DNA of 64,000 nucleotides, taken from assembly GCA_049975265.1 (NCBI GenBank), contig JBNGDF010000002.1, positions 1-64,000 on the forward strand. The letters run 5' to 3'. The DNA is from Fidelibacterota bacterium (lineage in GTDB: Bacteria > Fidelibacterota > UBA2242). A program made the position numbers and the translations under genes. Each line of letters starts with the position of its first letter. Position 1 is the first letter of the stretch. Positions 30,254-41,400 of the stretch are shown here, piece by piece. The notes under the pieces were generated by a model. That model was not told the DNA's origin. It did not search any database and saw nothing but the letters and a program-made list of their open reading frames with translations.

Positions 30254-30736
30254 TTATGAATCCCGGTGATCCCGCCAGCGACTGTAGGGATGAACAGCCA
30301 GATTCGCATTCAAATAGCGCGGATCGTCGCTGACCTCCGTACCGATCCAGTCCGGTACATTAATGCTCTGATCCGGGGATTCCAGCTCAATTTCCGCCAC
30401 CACCAGTCCCCGATTCTCACCCAGAAATTCATCAACAATCCAGTGATCGCCACCCACATTAACGGCATAGCGAATCTTTTCAATGATTGGATGTGAACAG
30501 ATTTTGCTGAGAATCGTTTCTGCATCGCCGGGCGGTATTTCGTATTCGAATTCCAGTCGCTCCAGAGTCGTCACCAGCGATTTAATCCCCAGCCAGGCAC
30601 ACTCGCCGGCTATCCGCACCCGCACCGCCCGGTGGACATCGGTGCTGATGTAGCCCTGCCGAATCAGAACCGGTTCTGCCAGCGACTGATAAGCATTGCT
30701 TTTAACCAGATATTTGCGCTCAATTTCAACAGCCAT
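30254..30736 (-). CDS. CYTH domain protein
   Basis: EIERKYLV, IRQGY, VRVR, EFEYEIP, VAEIEL, DPRYLNANL. Confidence 0.92.
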   Translation of the reverse strand: MAVEIERKYLVKSNAYQSLAEPVLIRQGYISTDVHRAVRVRIAGECAWLGIKSLVTTLERLEFEYEIPPGDAETILSKICSHPIIEKIRYAVNVGGDHWIVDEFLGENRGLVVAEIELESPDQSINVPDWIGTEVSDDPRYLNANLAVHPYSRWRDHRDS

Positions 30737-30750
30737 ATTTTCTCCATATT

Positions 30751-31890
30751 TTAATGAACAGAAGCAATTCGTCGCCCGACCTCTGTCAACAAATCGCCGG
30801 CATTTTGCAGCGCCTGCCGTTCATCTTTACTAATTTCAGTCAGCGAAAACAGGTGCAGCAAGCCCAACTCCCGGACATCTTCGGAATTGATTTCCAGTTT
30901 GCCGGTAACACCGATGACCGGTATGTTGCAGCGATGGGCGCGCCTGATCACCCCGGAAATTGCCTTGCCCTGCAGACTTTGTCGGTCAATTTTACCCTCG
31001 CCGGTGATTACAAGGTCGCAATTTTTAAGCATCTTCTCAATGTTCACCGTATCCAGGATCAATTCTATTCCACTCGTCAGGGTCGCATCCAGAAATGCAA
31101 GCGCACCGGCAGCCAGACCACCGGCGGCGCCGGTGCCCGGTATTTTGGCAATCTCTCGCCCAAAACACCTCTCCAGCAAATTACTGAACCGACACATATT
31201 CTCTTCCAGAACCGGCAAATCTGCCGGCGTTGCACCCTTCTGCACGGCATAGGTATAGACCGCACCCTCAGGTCCCAACAGCGGATTGGTTACATCACAG
31301 GCAATCCGAAAATGACTCTTTTGTATCGCCGGATGAACTGCATCCGCTGATAATTCCCGGCATTTCCCGATGAATTCGCCATTCAGGCGATCCCGGATTT
31401 CAGCACCGGATTCATCGAAAAACCGATAGCCTAGCGCCTGCGCCATTCCGGCGCCACAATCAACCGTCGCCGAGCCGCCGATACCGATGATAAAATCCCG
31501 TAATCCCTGCTCCATCGCATGCCGGATCAGTTGTCCCAGTCCGTAGGTGGTGGTACGAAAAGGATTACGTTCCGCTTCGGGAATCAACATCAGCCCCGCG
31601 GCTTGTGCCATCTCTATCACGGTAAATCCATCAGCACCGATGAAATAGTGCGCGGTCACCGGTTGTCCCAGCGGACCGGCTATAGCGACAGAAACCAATT
31701 CTCCCGGCTGCGTCTGCTGAAACACATTTAAAAAACCCTCGCCGCCATCGGATAGCGGCAGCATTTGGACCTGCGCTTCCGGGTGAGCATGTCTGATCCC
31801 CTCCGCCAGCGCCGCACAGACCTGCGCTGATGACAGGCTGCCTTTAAATGAATCAACCGCTATCAGAATATTTTTCGGAATCCGACTCAT
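30751..31890 (-). CDS. Glycerate kinase (GlxK/GarK family)
   Basis: DSFKGSLS, SDGGEG, EMAQAAGL, GIGGSAT, GAAGG, TGEGKID.QS..GK. Confidence 0.92.
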   Translation of the reverse strand: MSRIPKNILIAVDSFKGSLSSAQVCAALAEGIRHAHPEAQVQMLPLSDGGEGFLNVFQQTQPGELVSVAIAGPLGQPVTAHYFIGADGFTVIEMAQAAGLMLIPEAERNPFRTTTYGLGQLIRHAMEQGLRDFIIGIGGSATVDCGAGMAQALGYRFFDESGAEIRDRLNGEFIGKCRELSADAVHPAIQKSHFRIACDVTNPLLGPEGAVYTYAVQKGATPADLPVLEENMCRFSNLLERCFGREIAKIPGTGAAGGLAAGALAFLDATLTSGIELILDTVNIEKMLKNCDLVITGEGKIDRQSLQGKAISGVIRRAHRCNIPVIGVTGKLEINSEDVRELGLLHLFSLTEISKDERQALQNAGDLLTEVGRRIASVH

Positions 31891-31891
31891 C

Positions 31892-33559
31892 TCACCAGGC
31901 GGACGCCGCCGACTGCCGCCGCCGGTCGGGCACACCAATAAAACGGTCATTTTCCCAGTCCACGGCAATGGCGTTCACATCGCCGAGCGCCGTCTGGTAT
32001 TCAAAATGATACCCTTTTTGTTCCAGCTTCCGCATCACATCCGGCGAGAAACCGTATTTTTCAACAGTAACCACATCGGGCAGCCACTGGTGATGAAACC
32101 GGGGAGCGTCCACCGCCTGCACCAGCGACATATCAAAATCAATCAGATTCATCAGGACCTGCGCCACCGACGTGATGATTGTCCCGCCGCCGGGCGTCCC
32201 GAGAATCCACATCAGGGAGTCGTTTTTCGTCACAATCGTCGGCGTCATGGAGCTCAGCATGCGCTTTTCCGGCTGAATGGCGTTCGCTTCGGCGCCGATC
32301 AGGCCAAACATATTCGGATAGCCCGGCTTAATGGAAAAATCGTCCATCTCATTATTCATGAGAATACCCGTTTCCCCGGCGACGAATCCGGAACCGTAGC
32401 TGCCGTTCAGCGTCGTGGTTACGGATACAGCCCACCCTTCTTTATCCAAAACTGAAAAGTGGGTCGTCTCTTTACTTTCCGAATAAAGAGAATGGCTAAC
32501 GGCTTGACTAGGTGTCGCTTTTTCCAGATCAATGGAAGCAGCAAGCTCCGCCGCCAGCGCCTCACCGATCAGATAATCAACCGGCACATCATAAAAATCG
32601 GGATCGCCCAGAAAATGCGCCCGGTTGGCATACGCCCGGCGTTCCGCCTCGATAACAACCTGCATTGCCAGTGACGATTGAAATCCATATTCCGAAAGGG
32701 GAAAATGCTCCACGGTTTTCAGAATCTGTGCCAGGCAGACACCTCCCGAACTTGGCGGCGGCATGGAAAATATATCATAGCCACGATAGTTAAAATGTAC
32801 CGGCTCCCGCTCAACGGCTTGATAATGTTTCAAATCCCACTCGCTGATAATGCCGCCGGCAGCCTGAACACTCCGGGCGATCTCTCTGGCAGTTTTGCCC
32901 TGATAAAATTCACGCCACCCTTTGGCAGCAATTCTTTCGAGAGTATTCGCCAAATCGGTCAAAATCAACAGCTCCCCAATCTCCGGCACTTTTCCTTCGG
33001 GATAAAACATAGCGCAGGTCGCGGCATATTTACTCATCCGCTCCTGCCGGTATTTCAAACCGGTGTGGATAAAATAGCTTACCGGAAAACCCTCCCGCGC
33101 CAGCCGGACTGCCGGGGTCAATAAATCCCGCCAGCTCAGCGTCCCGAATTTTGCATGGGCAGTGGCATAACCGGCGACCGAACCGGGCACGCCGGATGCC
33201 AGGGCACCGCGGAGACTGAGATTTTCCACAGGTTTGCCATTCTCGTCCAGATACATATCGCGCTGTGCTTTGCGCGGCGCCTTCTCGCGGAAATCGAAGG
33301 TCGTCACATCCGCTTCAGGGGTGCGCACCACCATAAAACCGCCGCCGCCGATATTGCCCGCCGGCGGGTAGACGACCGCCAGCGCAAAGCCCACGGCAAT
33401 CGCCGCATCCACAGCATTACCACCCTTTCGCATGATCTCAATACCGACATCAGAGGCAAGCTTCGACGCCGAAACGATCACCCCCCTGCTGCCTACCTGA
33501 AAAGTCTGGGCAAATAGCAGCGAGCCAATCACAAACCAGAACCCGATTATTCTTCTCAT
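31892..33559 (-). CDS. ggt: Gamma-glutamyltranspeptidase
   Basis: GGNAVDAA, GGGGF, ETTHFS (catalytic Thr), NNEMDDF, SSMTP, GTPGG. Confidence 0.95.
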   Translation of the reverse strand: MRRIIGFWFVIGSLLFAQTFQVGSRGVIVSASKLASDVGIEIMRKGGNAVDAAIAVGFALAVVYPPAGNIGGGGFMVVRTPEADVTTFDFREKAPRKAQRDMYLDENGKPVENLSLRGALASGVPGSVAGYATAHAKFGTLSWRDLLTPAVRLAREGFPVSYFIHTGLKYRQERMSKYAATCAMFYPEGKVPEIGELLILTDLANTLERIAAKGWREFYQGKTAREIARSVQAAGGIISEWDLKHYQAVEREPVHFNYRGYDIFSMPPPSSGGVCLAQILKTVEHFPLSEYGFQSSLAMQVVIEAERRAYANRAHFLGDPDFYDVPVDYLIGEALAAELAASIDLEKATPSQAVSHSLYSESKETTHFSVLDKEGWAVSVTTTLNGSYGSGFVAGETGILMNNEMDDFSIKPGYPNMFGLIGAEANAIQPEKRMLSSMTPTIVTKNDSLMWILGTPGGGTIITSVAQVLMNLIDFDMSLVQAVDAPRFHHQWLPDVVTVEKYGFSPDVMRKLEQKGYHFEYQTALGDVNAIAVDWENDRFIGVPDRRRQSAASAW

Positions 33560-33576
33560 AACTCCCCTGTTATTTT

Positions 33577-34566
33577 TTACAAGCGAAAAGCATCTTCAAT
33601 ATGTCTGATCCGCCAGCCGTGTGAATCGAGGGAAACACCAACCACGTCAAAGCGGCAATCCAGCGCCAGCTCCGGATGCTGCGCAAGATACGCCTCGGCA
33701 AGCAAGCCGAGTTGCTCCATTTTGTGCTCGTCCACCCAGCTTTCCGGCGGACCGAATATCTTCCGGCGCTGCGTCTTAACCTCGACGAAACAGAGTTGCC
33801 CGTCCTTCCGGGCGATGATATCGATTTCACCATAAACGCCGACGTGAAAATTGCGCTGGAGAATCCGAAAGCCCCTGTTATAAAGGTAATACGCCGCCTG
33901 ATCTTCACCCTGTTTGCCCAGCAGACGGGAATTTTTAGTCTTTTCCAAATCTATAACATGTTCGGCGACACCGCCAAAGGATTTGCGATGAATCGGACAG
34001 GGACCCAACTTTCTGATGGCATCCCGGTGCTGCTCTGTGCCGTAGCCCTTGTGCCGGGCGAAACCGTAGCCGGGAAAAACCGCGTCCAGCGCCGTCATGA
34101 TCCGGTCCCGATAGACTTTGGCAACAATTGATGCCGCAGCGATGGAATAGCAGATCCGATCACCGCCGACTATTGCCGTCTGCGGATAAATTTTATCCGG
34201 TAAACCGCGACCGTCCACCAGAATGTGATCAACCTTCCGTTTCAGGCGTCCCAGTGCCTGGCGCATGGCTTTGTGATTCGCCTGCAGAATATTAAGGCGG
34301 TCAATTTCAGCCGGTTCGACGACACCGATACCGATGGCGGCTGCCCGGCTTTCTATAATATCGTACAACTTCTCACGGCGTCGGGCGGTCAGCTTTTTCG
34401 AATCGCGCACCCCCTCAATCATCTCAGCCGCCGGATCAAAGACCACCGCCGCTGCCACCACCGGACCTGCCAGCGGTCCCCGCCCCGCTTCGTCGATTCC
34501 GGCAACCGTGCCTAGACCCGCTTGCCATAACTTTTTCTCAAAATCCAGACTAACCACGTCTTGCAT
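33577..34566 (-). CDS. rnhB: Ribonuclease HII fused to a C-terminal YraN (UPF0102) domain
   Basis: GIDEAGRGPLAGPV, DSKKL, IAAASIVAKV, HKGYGT, then G..GED.AA.YL..ILQRNF..GEIDIIA..FVEVKT..CRFDVV..IEDAF in one frame. Confidence 0.92.
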   Translation of the reverse strand: MQDVVSLDFEKKLWQAGLGTVAGIDEAGRGPLAGPVVAAAVVFDPAAEMIEGVRDSKKLTARRREKLYDIIESRAAAIGIGVVEPAEIDRLNILQANHKAMRQALGRLKRKVDHILVDGRGLPDKIYPQTAIVGGDRICYSIAAASIVAKVYRDRIMTALDAVFPGYGFARHKGYGTEQHRDAIRKLGPCPIHRKSFGGVAEHVIDLEKTKNSRLLGKQGEDQAAYYLYNRGFRILQRNFHVGVYGEIDIIARKDGQLCFVEVKTQRRKIFGPPESWVDEHKMEQLGLLAEAYLAQHPELALDCRFDVVGVSLDSHGWRIRHIEDAFRL

Positions 34567-34682
34567 AATAATCGAATTTAAGTGACACGAAGTTGATTGG
34601 CAAACCGGATATTCTGAATTGTAAATACCGGGATACAGGTCTGTTTTGCCGAAATTCCATTATTTTATCCCTCCACTTTTTC

Positions 34683-34711
34683 TTGACAATGAGTCCGGCG
34701 TTAATTAGTTT
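34683..34711 (+). promoter_or_regulatory. Sigma70-type promoter of the OPT operon
   Basis: TTGACA-17 nt-TAGTTT. Confidence 0.6.
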
Positions 34712-34760
34712 CAAGGCGGAATTTATGGGTATTATAAAACGATAAGAACAGGAGGTTGAG

Positions 34761-36770
34761 TTGGCTGATCAGAAATTCACACCTTTCGTACCGGAAAATA
34801 CGGACATGAAAGAGTTAACCTTCAAAGCCCTCTTTCTGGGTATCATTCTGGCTGTGATTTTAGGCGCTGCCAATGCCTATCTCGGACTCAAAGCCGGCAT
34901 GACCGTGGCGGCGACATTTCCCGCCGCGGTAATCTCCATGGCGGTGTTGCGCATTTTCAAGGGCACTATTCTGGAAGAGAACATTGCCCGTACCACCGGT
35001 GCCGTCGGCGAAGCCCTGGCAGCCGGCGCCATTTTCACTTTACCGGCATTCATTATGACCGGCGTCTGGAAAGAATTCAGCTACGTCAGCAGCACTCTGC
35101 TGATGCTGGTGGGTGGTATTCTGGGCGTTTTGCTCGTGATTATTTTGCGGAAAACCATGGTGGAAGACACGACCCTGCCCTATCCCGAAAGCCGCGCCTG
35201 CGCCGAGATCGTCAAAGCCGGGCAGGGCGGTCAGACCGGCGCCAAATATGTATTCGGCTCCATCGGACTGGCAGCCATCATTGAGCTGTTCAAAAATCCA
35301 AACGGAATTCCCCTTATAAGAGATACCGTCAAAGGTTTTCTCCAGTTCGGCGCCTCCAAAATCAGCCTGCTCAACGCCAAATCCCAGGTGATTTCTTCAG
35401 GGTTAGCCCGGGCGGAATTCAAACAAAAGGGCGGTATGCTTCTGCAGAGCCCGGCGGCTTCACCCGCCTTTCTGGGTGTCGGCTATATCATCGGTTTTCG
35501 GCTGGCGGCGATTACCTTCTCAGGCGGCGTCTTCGGATGGCTGTTCATGATGCCGATTGTGCTGTTTTTAATGTACAATAACCTGATACCCTTTATTGAC
35601 GGCAGTGACAGCTGGATCACCATCGCCAAAGCCGCCTACAGCAGCACGGTGAAACCGATTGCCGTGGGCGGGATGCTGGTCGGGGCGTTCTATACGCTTT
35701 TTAAAATGCGGAAGAGTCTGATCGGCGGGATTTCGCGGGGTATCTCCGATATCGCCGCCGCCAAGAAGAGCGGCGCGAAGGTCTCCCGTACCGAAAAAGA
35801 CGCGCCCCTGGGGCTGGTTTTGATCGCCATCGGTGTTATCATCATCTGCATGATTTTCCTCTATAATTCCTTCACACAACATTTTGGTTCGGCGATTTTG
35901 GCGGCGATTGTCATGGGCATCGCCGGATTTGTGTTTGCCGCCGTCGCCGGATATCTGGTCGGTATTATCGGAAGCTCCTCTAATCCGATTTCGGGTCTGA
36001 CCCTGTCAACCCTTCTCATTGCCGCACTGCTGATGGTTCTGATCGGCATGAAAGGCAGTCCCGGCGTGGCGGCGGTTCTGGGTGTCGCCTCTGTCGTCTG
36101 CTGTGTTGCCGGTGTCGCCGGAGATATGATGCAGGACTGGAAAGTGGGACACATTCTGGGTGGCACCCCCTGGCGGATGCAGGTGGGCGGAATGATCGGC
36201 GTGGTTGCGGCAGCCCTGGTTCTGGTCATTCCGATTATGCTGTTACATCAAGCCAATGGGATCGGCAGCGATGCACTGCCCGCTCCGCAAGCCGGACTGA
36301 TGGCGATGATGAGTCAGGGAATCGTCGGTGGCGAGATGGCATGGCCGCTGGTGATCGGCGGGATGTTCTTCGCCATTGCCCTTATCCTGATCGGTTCCCC
36401 GTCGCCGATGCTGATCTCCGTCGGTATGTACCTGCCGTTTAACACCACCTTTGCCATTTTCGTCGGTGGTCTAATCAAACACATCGCCGATCGGGTCAGT
36501 GCAAAAAAGATCGAAACTCAGAAAGACCGGGACGTGGTCGACAATACCGGACTTCTAATCGCCAGCGGGCTGGTCGCCGGTGAAGCCCTCGTCGGCATTA
36601 TTTTAGCCGGACTGGTCGTCGGCAATATCAATCTCAGCAAAATTTTCGGGCTGCCGGCGGATTTTCATGGGTTCTGGTGGCTCGGGATTCTGGTCTTCCT
36701 GATTCTGGGCTATACGTTGGTGAAATTTCCCTATGCGGAGCTATTGAAATCGAAGAAAAAAACAGAATAA
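34761..36770 (+). CDS. OPT family oligopeptide transporter
   Basis: ANAYLGLKAGMT, LEENI, GSSSNPISG, MQDWK.GHILG.TP, LPAPQA; TTG start after GGAGG. Confidence 0.92.
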   Translation: MADQKFTPFVPENTDMKELTFKALFLGIILAVILGAANAYLGLKAGMTVAATFPAAVISMAVLRIFKGTILEENIARTTGAVGEALAAGAIFTLPAFIMTGVWKEFSYVSSTLLMLVGGILGVLLVIILRKTMVEDTTLPYPESRACAEIVKAGQGGQTGAKYVFGSIGLAAIIELFKNPNGIPLIRDTVKGFLQFGASKISLLNAKSQVISSGLARAEFKQKGGMLLQSPAASPAFLGVGYIIGFRLAAITFSGGVFGWLFMMPIVLFLMYNNLIPFIDGSDSWITIAKAAYSSTVKPIAVGGMLVGAFYTLFKMRKSLIGGISRGISDIAAAKKSGAKVSRTEKDAPLGLVLIAIGVIIICMIFLYNSFTQHFGSAILAAIVMGIAGFVFAAVAGYLVGIIGSSSNPISGLTLSTLLIAALLMVLIGMKGSPGVAAVLGVASVVCCVAGVAGDMMQDWKVGHILGGTPWRMQVGGMIGVVAAALVLVIPIMLLHQANGIGSDALPAPQAGLMAMMSQGIVGGEMAWPLVIGGMFFAIALILIGSPSPMLISVGMYLPFNTTFAIFVGGLIKHIADRVSAKKIETQKDRDVVDNTGLLIASGLVAGEALVGIILAGLVVGNINLSKIFGLPADFHGFWWLGILVFLILGYTLVKFPYAELLKSKKKTE

Positions 36771-36808
36771 AGACAGAAAAATCAACCGGCGGGGAGGGTG
36801 GTCTGCCG

Positions 36809-37120
36809 ATGGACAGGCTCATCCCCTGCCGGCTCGTCAGTTATGAATGTGGTGAGGACGGCAGAGTTATCCTGCTTAAGCCGAAATTCCGGCTTGCGGT
36901 TTTCCAGAAATATCTCATGCCGCGGATGAAACGTCCCTATTTCCGCGTTTACCTGGACGAAATCGGCAGCTGCGTCTGGAACTATATTGACGGTCAACGC
37001 AATGCCCTCGAAATTGCCCGACAACTCCAGGCGGAACTGGGCGACAAAATCGAACCCGTCTACGAACGCTTCGGGCTGTTTTTACGGCAACTAAAAACCG
37101 CAGGATTCATCAGCTATTAA
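36809..37120 (+). CDS. PqqD-like (RRE-fold) small protein
   Basis: LDEIGSCVWNYIDGQRNALEIA..FLRQL..G.I pattern. Start set at MDRLIP. Confidence 0.75.
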   Translation: MDRLIPCRLVSYECGEDGRVILLKPKFRLAVFQKYLMPRMKRPYFRVYLDEIGSCVWNYIDGQRNALEIARQLQAELGDKIEPVYERFGLFLRQLKTAGFISY

Positions 37121-38169
37121 TGAAAACCCAAGTGAAAATCAGCGAAGATTTCATCCGGGAGCTGCCGAAAACGGAATTGCACTGTCACCTCGACGGTTCG
37201 CTGCGGATTGAAACGATTCTCGATTTAGCCGAAAAGGACAAGGTTCCCATTCCAACCCGCGATACTGACCAGTTACGCCGGCTGCTGACTGTCACTGAAA
37301 ATCATATCTCCCTGCCCGAGTACATTAAAAAATTTGATTTGACGCTTCAATTTCTGCAAACCCCGGAATCGCTGTCCCGGGCGGCTTTTGAACTGGCAGA
37401 AGACTGCAGCCGGGAGAATGTCCTCTATCTGGAAGTGCGCTACTCACCGATCCTTCACACCAGCCACGGAATGACGCCGATGGAGACGGTGGATGCGGTC
37501 ATTAAGGGACTCAAACAGGCGGAAGACGAATTCAAAATCAAAACCGGCGTCATTATCTGCGGAATCCGCAGCATCTCACCGGAAGTTTCCTACCAGCTAG
37601 CCGAGCTGGCGGTGGCGTTCAAAAACCGGGGTGTCGTCGGTTTTGATCTGGCAGGAGTCGAGGAAAATTTCCCCGCCAAAGACCATAAAGAGGCGTTTTA
37701 CCTGATTCTTGATAATAATATCAACACGACGCTGCATGCCGGCGAGGACTACGGTCCCGAATCCATTCACCAGGCGGTGCACTACTGCGGCGCCCATCGC
37801 ATCGGACACGGCGTCCGGCTGAAAGAGGACGGCGACCTGCTGAACTATATCAACGATCACCGCATCGCCCTGGAAATCTGCATGACCAGCAATATCCACA
37901 CCGGCAGCGTCCAATCCTATGCAAAGCACCCATTCAAGTTTTACTACGACTACGGTTTGCGGGTCACATTGAACACCGATAACCGGCTCATCTCCGATAC
38001 CAATCTGACCAAAGAGTATCTGCTGGCACAGCGCTATTTCAATTTGAAGATTGCCGATTTCAAAGAGATCATCATCAACGGTTTCAAAAGCGCCTTCCTC
38101 CCGCACCGTGACCGCACCGCAATAATCCGCCGGATTGCCGATGAACTGGATACCTATGTATCGGTATAG
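37120..38169 (+). CDS. add: Adenosine deaminase
   Basis: LPKTELHCHLDGS, VVGFDLAG, HAGE, RIGHG, CMTSN, NTDN. Confidence 0.92.
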   Translation: MKTQVKISEDFIRELPKTELHCHLDGSLRIETILDLAEKDKVPIPTRDTDQLRRLLTVTENHISLPEYIKKFDLTLQFLQTPESLSRAAFELAEDCSRENVLYLEVRYSPILHTSHGMTPMETVDAVIKGLKQAEDEFKIKTGVIICGIRSISPEVSYQLAELAVAFKNRGVVGFDLAGVEENFPAKDHKEAFYLILDNNINTTLHAGEDYGPESIHQAVHYCGAHRIGHGVRLKEDGDLLNYINDHRIALEICMTSNIHTGSVQSYAKHPFKFYYDYGLRVTLNTDNRLISDTNLTKEYLLAQRYFNLKIADFKEIIINGFKSAFLPHRDRTAIIRRIADELDTYVSV

Positions 38170-38279
38170 CTGGTGCAGATGAACAAAGCGGAGGTTCAAT
38201 ACGGCAATTTTTTTACAAAAACGTACACTTTTCTATTGAAATTGATTCCAAAATTTCATAAATAGTCACATATGCTTGG

Positions 38280-38300
38280 TAAGATAAACTAATTAACTTA
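38280..38300. promoter_or_regulatory. Candidate operator (imperfect palindrome)
   Basis: TAAGATAAACTAATTAACTTA = TAAG.TAA-N5-TTA.CTTA, upstream of the 1885-aa gene. Confidence 0.4.
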
Positions 38301-38422
38301 ATCGGGGATGAAAATCCCGGGTGAAATTTGTCATTGTGAAGAAAGGAGGAAAAAAAGAGGAGTTGTGATCGGAAAATCAACGATTTTAGAAAATTTCAAT
38401 AACAAAAGAGGAGAGAGAGAGA

Positions 38423-41400
38423 ATGAAAATTCGAATTTTGTTAATCGGCTTGGTACTATTGCTGGCGCTTTCGATTCATTCGTATGCAAATGTATACGCA
38501 ACGAATGTTGAAGTCAGCAGTAACACACTACAAGCCGATGGAACCGCAACCGTCACGATTTCATTTATCCTGAATGAAGCCGCTGACAACGGTGTCGATG
38601 TTAAGATATATAACAGCGATACCGATTTAATTAAGACCATATCACTGGCTACTGCTCCAAAAGGTCTTAATTCCGTTGAATGGGATGGTACTTATACTGA
38701 TGGTGTAACTATCGCCACACCAGGTGCTTACTCCATAGAAGTAACCGCCAGTGATGATGGTTACACAGCGTGGACTAAAATCAGTGATGATACGAAAACC
38801 GCAATTTATTCGCCACGTGGGATTGCGGTCAATCGTAATCCGGATAGTCCGTATTTTGGTCGTATCTACGTAACGAATAAAGCCACAGGTACGAGCACAA
38901 ACACCGGTGCTTTTGAAACTATTCAGGGGATCCTGATGTACACCCAGGATCAGGAATTAATTGGTCAATCTACCGGTGGAGTAGCATGGCCTTCATCAAC
39001 AAATGGTTCACCCCATAAGGTGATGGTTGGGCCTGACGATATGGTGTATGTGGGTGATTATGCAAACGATCGGTTATATGCTTTTGATGCAGAGATAGAT
39101 GCCACCTCTCAAAAACTAGTGATTGGTGACTCTAACAAGGAAACAGGACAGTATATAGCCGGTCACTGGGTTGCCGGAACAGGAGCCGACCGCGCCATCT
39201 ATACAGCAGATGGTCATTATGGTGATTATACCGGAATAAAGAAATATGACATAGGACTTAACGACGTCATGCCGGATGGAGAAGTAGGATACGAAATTAT
39301 TCAACGTCCCAGCGGTCTATATTACCAGTACGATGTAGAAGTAGGCAGCGACGGAAGTATCTACTTCTGTGAATTCCGCTCAGCCAAGGGTGAACCTTTG
39401 GATAAAGACGGTAATCCTATTGACTTAAAGGCAGCCGGCGAAGCGTATCCTCTCATCAAATATAAGCCCTGGGTAGATGATGGTAGCCAGACACCTTATA
39501 CCCTTGATGACACTCTATGGACAGTTACAAAACAGCTGACTGGTTCGAGAGGGATCGGATTAGATGAACCTCGCAATCGGGTGGCTTTTTGTGATTACTA
39601 TTCGAACAAGGTTTATATTTTTGATGCTACTACCGGTGACTTAGTCGAAACGGTCAATTCAACTTTAACAAGAAGCTGGGATGTGGCTTTTGATGCCGCC
39701 GGTAACATGTATCTGGTGGATAATTCTGCTGAATACTGGACGATAACATCACCTCCCGACGGTCCGAACAGCTTTACGACACCGTGCTTGGAAACAGTAA
39801 CTGTGACAGGACCACCGGATGTAGTCATTAATGAATTCGATACTCATACGTCAGCAAAAGAGTATATTGAATTATATAACACAACTGATGCGGCAATTGA
39901 TCTGGATGCGGGTGGTTATGTACTGGTTTTTGTTAATGGTTATAACGAAGAGATATACCAGGCCACTGCATTGAACGGTACCATTCCGGCAAAAGGTTAT
40001 TATGTATTGGCAGAAGCCGGTGTCACCGATATCGAAGGCTATACACCCGACCAGAACGCTACCTGGACCTCTTTTCAGAATGGTCAGGATGGTGTTGCGC
40101 TGGTCAAAGGCGCCAGCGTATCCGCCTTTACAAATACAGATTATGCAACAACATTAGCCGCTTCCGGAGGAACTCAGATTGATGCAGTCATCTATGGCGG
40201 TGATGATGCTGAATTAAACATTGCATTTGGAACAACAGCAATAAATCTTGAAGCCGGGTCTACTGGCAGTACTTCCCGTAAATCCGATGGACAGGGCGGC
40301 GCTGCACCTGCTTACGGCAACGGAGATTGGCAGATTCAGGAGAGAACTCCGGGTGCAACCAATAAACTGCCTTTAAAATTAGCCAAAGCTTATCCCACCA
40401 GTGGAACGGCTATTACCATCGAGTACACTGACAATATGACGACTGTTGATCCGGTAAATTATACTCTGCTTGGAACAGCGGGCGTAACCTTTACATCGGC
40501 GACCATTGATCCGGTAGACGCCTCAATTGTCGTTCTTGAAGCCGGTGCCGAAATCATGTATGACCTGATCCTGGACACGCTGGTGGATGCCGCCAACACC
40601 GATACCGCCGTATTTTACGCCGGCATTACACCCATCGGCTGGACCAGTGTCACAAATCCTGCCGGACATATTGAGAATGGACACGTTGCATTATTCCAGG
40701 GTTATGTTTCTGCCAATGACGCCTATAACAATGTCTGGGTCAATGACGCCGAAGGCGGCGAACACTCCGGTGTCCTGATTTTTGATTACAATTTCGATGC
40801 CCTGGTAGCGGTGGGTGACCACATTACTTTTCTGGCTGAAAGAACGGAATATAACAATCTCACCGAACTGGTCAGCCCGGTACTTCTCTCGATCAATTCC
40901 AGCGGCAATGATCCTTATGGTCCCTTTGAAATAGCCGGTGCCGATATTGACACCTCTATCGCCGCCGATACCGATCCCGCCGAAAAATGGGAAGGTCAGC
41001 TGGTCAAGATTGACAGTGCTGTGGTCATATCCGGACCTACAAATTACACTTACTTATGTACTGACGATGACAGCACAACCTACTTTTATGTTGGTGATAA
41101 TGTTGATTATCATTTAAGTAATGTCGTTCTGTCCGTTGGCAGCGCCTATGATATTGTCGGAGTGGTGGATTACGACGGAGATTACTATCGAATTAATCCC
41201 CGCGGTGCCGATGATATTAAAAAATATATTGCTCCGGGTGAATTGGATATCATCGAAGATTTTGCCACCGCCGACGATATAGCCAACTGGCGCTCCGATA
41301 ATGAAGGATCTACCGCCAGAGCCCATTTAGATACGGTAATGCAGCTTTCTGATGGCGGCTGGACATTCGATGCCCGGCGGACAGTCACTGCCGAACCGAA

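Noticed and set aside
34567..34760. Switch from mostly minus-strand to mostly plus-strand genes as a replication origin
   Set aside because: No DnaA-box cluster or dnaA, and the plus strand looks C-rich on both sides; a divergent promoter region explains it.
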